A model generated the notes under the pieces. It did no database searches. It saw only the letters and a list, made by a program, of their open reading frames with translations, and was not told the DNA's origin. Shown in pieces: positions 56,924 through 64,000 of a stretch of DNA of 64,000 nucleotides (position 1 is its first letter; the number at the start of each line of letters is the position of its first letter). This DNA comes from Granulicella sp. (lineage in GTDB: Bacteria > Acidobacteriota > Terriglobia > Terriglobales > Acidobacteriaceae), in NCBI GenBank assembly GCA_035568455.1, contig DATMOB010000022.1:4733-68732 (forward strand). Reading direction: 5' to 3'. Made by a program: the position numbers and the translations under genes.

Positions 56924-58177
56924 TTACTTCGCCGGAATCGCCTTCACCACAATCGCATTCGGCTTCGCCCCGGCCGGCAGGATCGTCAACAGCGCCGGCC
57001 CCGTCTTGGCCTGAGTCCGGATGACGCTCACGTCGCCCGAGTGCGCATCCGCCGCCAGCAGCAGATGCTCGTCTGCCGAGAACGCCAGCGCGTCGGGCCC
57101 GGATCCCGAAACCAGGCTGGCCACCACCTTGCCATCGTCGATGCTGTACAGGCTCAGAGAGTTCGCCCCAAAGTTCGACACCCACAGCGTGGAGTTGTCC
57201 CCGCTCACGACCCCGTGCACCGGCCCCTTGCCGATCGTGTACGTCCCACCCACCTCATTGGTCCAGGTCGAGATCTCCGAGACGCTGTCCGATCCGAAGT
57301 TGGAGCAGAAGATCTCGCCTCCATCCGGCTTCAGCGCCAGATGCATCGGCGTCTTCCCCACATCAAGCAGCGCCAGCAGATGATCGGTCATCAGCGAGGG
57401 GTTCTGCTTGGCCGCCCAGGAATCCGGCGCCGCCGCCAGGTTGATCGCCATCACCTGGTGTCCTCCCGAGCACGCCACAAACGCCTTCGACGAATCCGGC
57501 AGAATCACCGCATCGGTCGCGCCCGGACACCCCGGAAACGCCGCCCGCAGATGCAAGGGGGACGGAGCCGCGCCGCGCCTCGTCCTGCGATCAGCCTGGC
57601 TCGCCTCCGTCTCCGCATCGACCCCGAACACCGACACGCTGCCGCTGCCATAATTCGTTACCACCAGAGACCGCCCGTCCGGCGCGATCTTCGCCTCCCC
57701 AGGCTGCTCGCCCGTCCCGGCCACCGCAATCTCGCGGCGGTTCGCGAGATCGATCACGCTCACCGAGTTCGATCCCGAGTTCGCCACATACGCGCGCCGC
57801 CCCGCCGCATCCACACTGATCGCATACGGCTGCTTGTGCACGCCCACGGTGGCCACCACGGCGTTGCGATTGGCGTCGATCACCGACACCGTCCCGCTGC
57901 CCGTATTCACCACATAAACCTCGTCGCGCACCGGATTGACGGCCATCCCCGACGGCTGCAAGCCCACCGGCAGCGTGCGATCCGGGCGCAGATACACCAG
58001 GTCCAGCACGCTCACCGTGTTCGCTCCGCCGTTGCTCACATAGGCAAACTCGCGATAGCCCGCCGGAGCATCCGGAAAGCCGCTTTGGCGGCAACCCGCC
58101 GCTCCCACCAGCAAGACCAGCATCAGGGCAACGGCCGCGCGGCCGACAGGAAATCGAGGTTCAAACAGGGAGGTCAC
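56924..58177 (-). CDS. YncE/YVTN beta-propeller lipoprotein
   Basis: Lipobox GAAGC; repeated AYVSN/VYVVN/AYVAN...VSV(I)D blades; start uncertain (58177 or 58237). Confidence 0.85.
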   Translation of the reverse strand: MTSLFEPRFPVGRAAVALMLVLLVGAAGCRQSGFPDAPAGYREFAYVSNGGANTVSVLDLVYLRPDRTLPVGLQPSGMAVNPVRDEVYVVNTGSGTVSVIDANRNAVVATVGVHKQPYAISVDAAGRRAYVANSGSNSVSVIDLANRREIAVAGTGEQPGEAKIAPDGRSLVVTNYGSGSVSVFGVDAETEASQADRRTRRGAAPSPLHLRAAFPGCPGATDAVILPDSSKAFVACSGGHQVMAINLAAAPDSWAAKQNPSLMTDHLLALLDVGKTPMHLALKPDGGEIFCSNFGSDSVSEISTWTNEVGGTYTIGKGPVHGVVSGDNSTLWVSNFGANSLSLYSIDDGKVVASLVSGSGPDALAFSADEHLLLAADAHSGDVSVIRTQAKTGPALLTILPAGAKPNAIVVKAIPAK

Positions 58178-58280
58178 CTCAGCGAGTCTAGCGGCGGCTG
58201 CCGCCACCCGCAAGTCCATGGAATTTCTGTGCCACAATCAGGGCAGAATTCGCGAAACTTTTTTCTAGACCTGACGTTTA

Positions 58281-58414
58281 GGAGATCAGAGCGGCGCGTC
58301 GTTAAGCTACGTTCTCGCAGCCCTCCCTTCCTCGACAACGAGGTCGATCGATCTTCAGAGTTGGATTCGACCTCGTTGTTTCTTTCTTGAAAGGCCTTAC
58401 CGCCGCTGAATCCC
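58281..58414. ncRNA. Candidate structured ncRNA with a 6S-like rod shape
   Basis: Outer stem GATCAGAGCGGCG/CGCCGCTGAATC, asymmetric internal bubble and perfect 13-bp inner stem ACAACGAGGTCGA/TCGACCTCGTTGT (58335-58379). Family and strand unresolved. Confidence 0.35.
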
Positions 58415-58608
58415 GCCCCGCGTGGCAGTGAGGGCTCCAGTGCTGCTTCATCTCTGAGGGAAGCAGGCAATGCCTGGATTTACTGGTCGTTGTTTTTAGG
58501 TAAGCCAAGGCTTCAGCCTTGGTATTCAGGGCTTAACGGGACGCAGGGCTTTAGCCCCCGGGGGTATGCTCTTCCCTCCCTATGCTGCCAAACCGCACAG
58601 CGAGCGTG

Positions 58609-58755
58609 TTAGCCCCGCGAATCCGGCGTACGCCACCACTGCACCGCCAGCCAGCCGAGATAGCCTGCCTGCACAACCCAGACCGTAACAAACGCGGTCG
58701 GAAGATACCACAGCTTCGGGTCGGCAAACGCGCCAACAAACGAGTGCCACGTCAT
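58609..58755 (-). CDS. ccmD: Probable heme exporter protein D (48 aa, not in the ORF track)
   Basis: MTWHSFVGAFADPKLWYLPTAFVTVWVVQAGYLGWLAVQWWRTPDSRG: one TM helix with a charged tail, purine-rich RBS region, directly after ccmC. Confidence 0.65.
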   Translation of the reverse strand: MTWHSFVGAFADPKLWYLPTAFVTVWVVQAGYLGWLAVQWWRTPDSRG

Positions 58756-58788
58756 CGCGCCATCTCCATCATCCTTTGAAAACTTCCG

Positions 58789-59541
58789 TTAGTGTGTGGT
58801 TTCCAGCGACGCCTCGATTGCCAGCAGCGCCGCCTCCTGCTCCGCCCGCTGCCGCCGCCGCTCGAGGCCGTAGCGCAGCGCCAGCAGCAGCACCCCCCAC
58901 ATCGCCCATCCCGCCAGATTCCACCACAGCGCGGGATAAAAACTCGCATCCAGCTGCCCGTCTCCGCGCAGCACCGGCGAAGGATGCTGGGTGCGCCACC
59001 AGCTGATCGACATGAACGTGATCGGCACGTCGATCGCCGCAAACACCGAGATCACCGCCGCCAGCGTGTGCCCCTGCCCGGTCGAGGAGAAGCGCCGCGT
59101 AATCAGGTAGCTCACATACAGCAGCCACAGCAGCAGGAAGGTCGTCAGCCGCGCGTCCCAGGTCCACCAGATGCCCCAGATCGGCCGCGCCCACAGCATC
59201 CCGGTAATCAGGCCGATGCTGGAGTAAAGAATCGATACCTCCGCCGAAGCCAGCGCCCAGGCATCCGCCGCCAGCGCCTTCAACGGATCGCGCCGCCGCC
59301 AGTAAAGGTACGCGAGCGAGGCCGCGCAGTTGAGGTACGGAAACACCAGCGCCAGAATGGCGTGGTTCACATGGTAGTAGAAGACGCGCTGCATGTTGCC
59401 CATGGTGGCTTCGGTCGGCACCAGGAAGATCGCCTGCCGGAAGCCGAGCGCCAGCACAACCAGTGTGGCCGCGGTCCAGAGCGCCGCAATCACCATCAGA
59501 CCGCGTGACCGGGTTGGAACTGAGCTTTGCATTGCGACCAT
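58789..59541 (-). CDS. ccmC: Heme exporter protein C
   Basis: WWD motif WGIWWTWDARLT with flanking histidines (YYHV, TQHP). Confidence 0.93.
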   Translation of the reverse strand: MVAMQSSVPTRSRGLMVIAALWTAATLVVLALGFRQAIFLVPTEATMGNMQRVFYYHVNHAILALVFPYLNCAASLAYLYWRRRDPLKALAADAWALASAEVSILYSSIGLITGMLWARPIWGIWWTWDARLTTFLLLWLLYVSYLITRRFSSTGQGHTLAAVISVFAAIDVPITFMSISWWRTQHPSPVLRGDGQLDASFYPALWWNLAGWAMWGVLLLALRYGLERRRQRAEQEAALLAIEASLETTH

Positions 59542-59596
59542 TCTACCCCCCTAAACCCATGCCGCACTATCCGCCGAAAGGCGGAAAATCCAATTC

Positions 59597-60286
59597 CTAC
59601 TCGGCGTTCAAAATCGTACCGAACAGCAGCAGGCAGACCGTCGTGAACACAATGTCGTACGCCCCCAGCAGCCGGATCCATAGATGGATCTGGATCGGGT
59701 CCAGCTCGCCCGTCAAAATCCCGCTCGTCGCGTTGACCATCGCCAGCAGCGCTGGCACCGAGATGGGAAACAGCAGCAGCGGCAGCAGCAGCTCGCGATT
59801 GCGCGTCCGCAGCCCCAGCGCCGCGAAGAACGTCCCATTCACCACCAGCGCCCATGTCCCCAGCGGCAGCACCGCCAGCAGCAGCCAGCCATTTCCCAGA
59901 GCGTGCAGGTTGTAGAAGATGACGAACAGCGGTCCCAGCACCACCTCCACCAACGTCACGAACAGCAGGTTCGCCAGCGCCTTGCCCACAAACAGCGCCG
60001 AAGGCGGCGCCGGCGACATCCGCTGTGCGTCCAGCACCGAGTTGCGCAGCTCCCGCGTCCACGACTGGTTCAGCGCCGTCACCGAGGCGAACAGCAGCGA
60101 GATCCACAGAATCCCCCCCGAGATCTGCCGCGTCATCGCCGGATTTCCCGTCGGATCGAAGGCCAGCGAGAACACCACCACCACCAGCAGCGAGAAGAAC
60201 AGCATGCCGTTGATGGAATCCCGCGACCTCCACTCCAGCCGCAGGTCTTTCTTCAAATGGTTCAGCACGTGCCGAGCGTAGATCAT
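59597..60286 (-). CDS. ccmB: Heme exporter protein B
   Basis: KDLRLEWRS, GGILWISLLFAS, LFVGKALAN and RELLLPLLLFPISVP. Confidence 0.93.
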   Translation of the reverse strand: MIYARHVLNHLKKDLRLEWRSRDSINGMLFFSLLVVVVFSLAFDPTGNPAMTRQISGGILWISLLFASVTALNQSWTRELRNSVLDAQRMSPAPPSALFVGKALANLLFVTLVEVVLGPLFVIFYNLHALGNGWLLLAVLPLGTWALVVNGTFFAALGLRTRNRELLLPLLLFPISVPALLAMVNATSGILTGELDPIQIHLWIRLLGAYDIVFTTVCLLLFGTILNAE

Positions 60287-60819
60287 GCCCCCGGCCTCGC
60301 ATCCGGAGCTCCCGGAAGGAAGGCTTTGGTCAGATCCGCCAGCACCGCCTCCGCCGCCCGCAGATAGTCCCCCGGCGCCAGCACCAGCTGCAGCCCCCGC
60401 TGCCCCGCCGACACCGAGATCGCATCGAACAGCTCGATCGTCTCGTCCGCAAACGCCCGGAACGGCTTCCGCGCCGCCATCACCGTCACCCCGCCGCGTA
60501 TGTACCCGGTCAGCGGCTCGACCTCCTTCAGCGACGCCAGCTCCGCCTTCTTCGCACCCGAGGCCTGCGCCAGCTTCTTCAAATCCAGTTCGGCGTCTCC
60601 CGGAATCACGGCAAACACATGCTCGCCCGAGCCCGTATGCGCCAGCAGCGTCTTGAACACCTGCTCCGCAGGCATCCCAATCTTCTTCGCCACCGAGATC
60701 GCCGTCAGATCCTCCGGGTCGACCTCATACGCCCGCAGCTCATACTCGATCCCCAGCGAATCCAGCAGTCGCGCCGCATTCGTCTTGGTCGCTGTTTTGC
60801 TCGCCTTGCCTGCGCTCAA
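60283..60819 (-). CDS. ybaK: Cys-tRNA(Pro) deacylase
   Basis: KTNAARLLD, QVFKTL, LDLKKLA and GYIRGGVT motifs; ISVSAGQRG. Confidence 0.93.
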   Translation of the reverse strand: MSAGKASKTATKTNAARLLDSLGIEYELRAYEVDPEDLTAISVAKKIGMPAEQVFKTLLAHTGSGEHVFAVIPGDAELDLKKLAQASGAKKAELASLKEVEPLTGYIRGGVTVMAARKPFRAFADETIELFDAISVSAGQRGLQLVLAPGDYLRAAEAVLADLTKAFLPGAPDARPGA

Positions 60820-61559
60820 ACCGTCGCCCCCAAAGCCACATCGCCCGCCTGCCTGGCCACGATCCGCCCATCCCGCATAGTCAGCGTCTCATCGGCGATC
60901 GGTGTTCCCAGGTGCGCCTGGTGCGTCGTCAACAAAATCGTCCGCCGTCCTCCGCCGGTCACCGGCCATGTACGAAAGTCCGCGAGCAGATCCACCATCT
61001 GCTGCGCCGAGCCCACATCCAGATTCGAGAACGGCTCATCCAGCAGCAGCAACTCCGGATCGCTCTGCAACACCCGCGCCAGCGCCGTCCGCTGCCGCAT
61101 CCCTTGCGAGTACTGCCCCACCGGCCGCGTCAGCTTCGGGTCCAGACCCACCGCCCGCAGCGCCATCTCCGGGCTGCCCACGCAATTGCAGCTATCCGCG
61201 CAGTTCAGGCTGTTGAAGTACTTCAGATTCTCCATCGCTGAAAGCTCGTCGTACAGCATCGGAGCATGGCTCATATACGCAATCCTTCTGCGCAGCTCCG
61301 GACTCTCGCCCGGAGTCGCCGCAAACGCCTCCACCGTCCCCTGCGTCGGAACGATCAGCCCCGCCACCAGCCGCAGCAGCGTCGACTTGCCCGCGCCATT
61401 CTCGCCCAGCAGCATCGTGCAGCTTCCGGCCGCAAACTCCACCGAGACATTCTTCAGCGCTGCAAAGTTCCCATACAGCTTCGAGACCCCGCGCAGCCGC
61501 ACCACGGCCTCGGCCCCAGCCGTCTCCCCCACCCCGGATTGAAGTCCCTGAGCCTGCAT
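60816..61559 (-). CDS. ccmA: Heme exporter ATP-binding protein A
   Basis: GENGAGKS, YSQGMRQR and LLLDEPF; upstream of ccmB/ccmC. Confidence 0.9.
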   Translation of the reverse strand: MQAQGLQSGVGETAGAEAVVRLRGVSKLYGNFAALKNVSVEFAAGSCTMLLGENGAGKSTLLRLVAGLIVPTQGTVEAFAATPGESPELRRRIAYMSHAPMLYDELSAMENLKYFNSLNCADSCNCVGSPEMALRAVGLDPKLTRPVGQYSQGMRQRTALARVLQSDPELLLLDEPFSNLDVGSAQQMVDLLADFRTWPVTGGGRRTILLTTHQAHLGTPIADETLTMRDGRIVARQAGDVALGATV

Positions 61560-61672
61560 GCGTCCCCTGCGAGTATAGAGCCTCAGGCCGCCAGGAGTCC
61601 TCGTGGCTCGCCCTCTAAAGCAAAGAGGCAGCCCGCAAAGGCTGCCTCTCTTGGTTGGTTTCGCTGCGCCGT

Positions 61673-63595
<1,923 letters not shown>

Positions 63596-63902
63596 TTCCT
63601 CGTTTTCCTACCTCTATGTCCGACGTATTCCAGAAGCTACGTCAGAGCTGGCCGACGGGATGACGCACGTCAGGGTTGGCTAGCCTTTAGACGGTGTTGC
63701 TGTGCGAAAGTTCTGCGCGTGGCATATGGGACCGGAGGCGGCCACGAGCGATACCGTCAATTAGATAAGATTCTACTCTGTGCGCGCAGGATTCAGCACT
63801 CCCGCTTTGCAACATGTTTGTCATATGCACCCTTTGCTGTGCCGGAGTAGGCTATAGGCAGCAGGGGCTGAAATCTGCTCGAAGGCAACCCGACTGCAAT
63901 CC

Positions 63903-64000
63903 TCAGACCGCCTCCCGCGAGAGACGAAGCTCCCGTAGCGAACGCTCCGCGCGCAGCCCCTGCGCCAGCTCGAGCGTAGCTCCATTGCGCGGGGTCACGG
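63903..64000 (-). CDS. 3' end of a gene running off the window, possibly tilS
   Basis: Frame reads VTPRNGATLELAQGLRAERSLRELRLSREAV-stop; tilS commonly lies upstream of ftsH (inferred from synteny only). Confidence 0.35.
   Translation of the reverse strand, partial: VTPRNGATLELAQGLRAERSLRELRLSREAV

Overview
GC-rich bacterial chromosome segment. An Acidobacteriaceae-like origin is inferred from the gene families (PSD1/DUF1501 pair, carboxypeptidase-regulatory-domain TonB receptor) and the repeat style; no database search was run. Layout: (1) 0-12 kb: pckG, a 30-codon nei relic, lhr, cdd and a propeller-type two-component system. (2) 12.5-37 kb: a large apparent nitrogen-scavenging locus. A leftward operon runs substrate-binding protein, permease, ATPase, a translationally coupled tri-haem PSD1 cytochrome, DUF1501 and cytochrome c. 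A divergent rightward operon runs a Vgb-like propeller, cgdA, cgdB, urea/guanidine carboxylase and atzF. These are followed by a cysteine-less GPx homologue, a LysR regulator, a TonB-dependent receptor and a secreted MBL hydrolase. Matching ATAG-N7-CTAT boxes lie in both divergent intergenic regions, and no guanidine riboswitch is recognisable. (3) 37.2-42 kb: a decayed integrative element at tRNA-Ser(CGA) in which a BrnT/BrnA pair and a few small or secreted ORFs remain open. (4) queG, yihY and an rsbU-like phosphatase. (5) 47-56.8 kb: a second island inserted into a REP-like palindrome, with 12-bp direct repeats and TGTGCAG arm-like sites. It carries an amine oxidase, an M1 aminopeptidase between 38-bp direct repeats next to a recombinase tail, a serine hydrolase and several pseudogenes. 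(6) A YVTN lipoprotein, a candidate structured ncRNA, ccmA-ybaK-ccmB-ccmC-ccmD, ftsH and a probable tilS 3' end. No CRISPR array or rRNA was seen.
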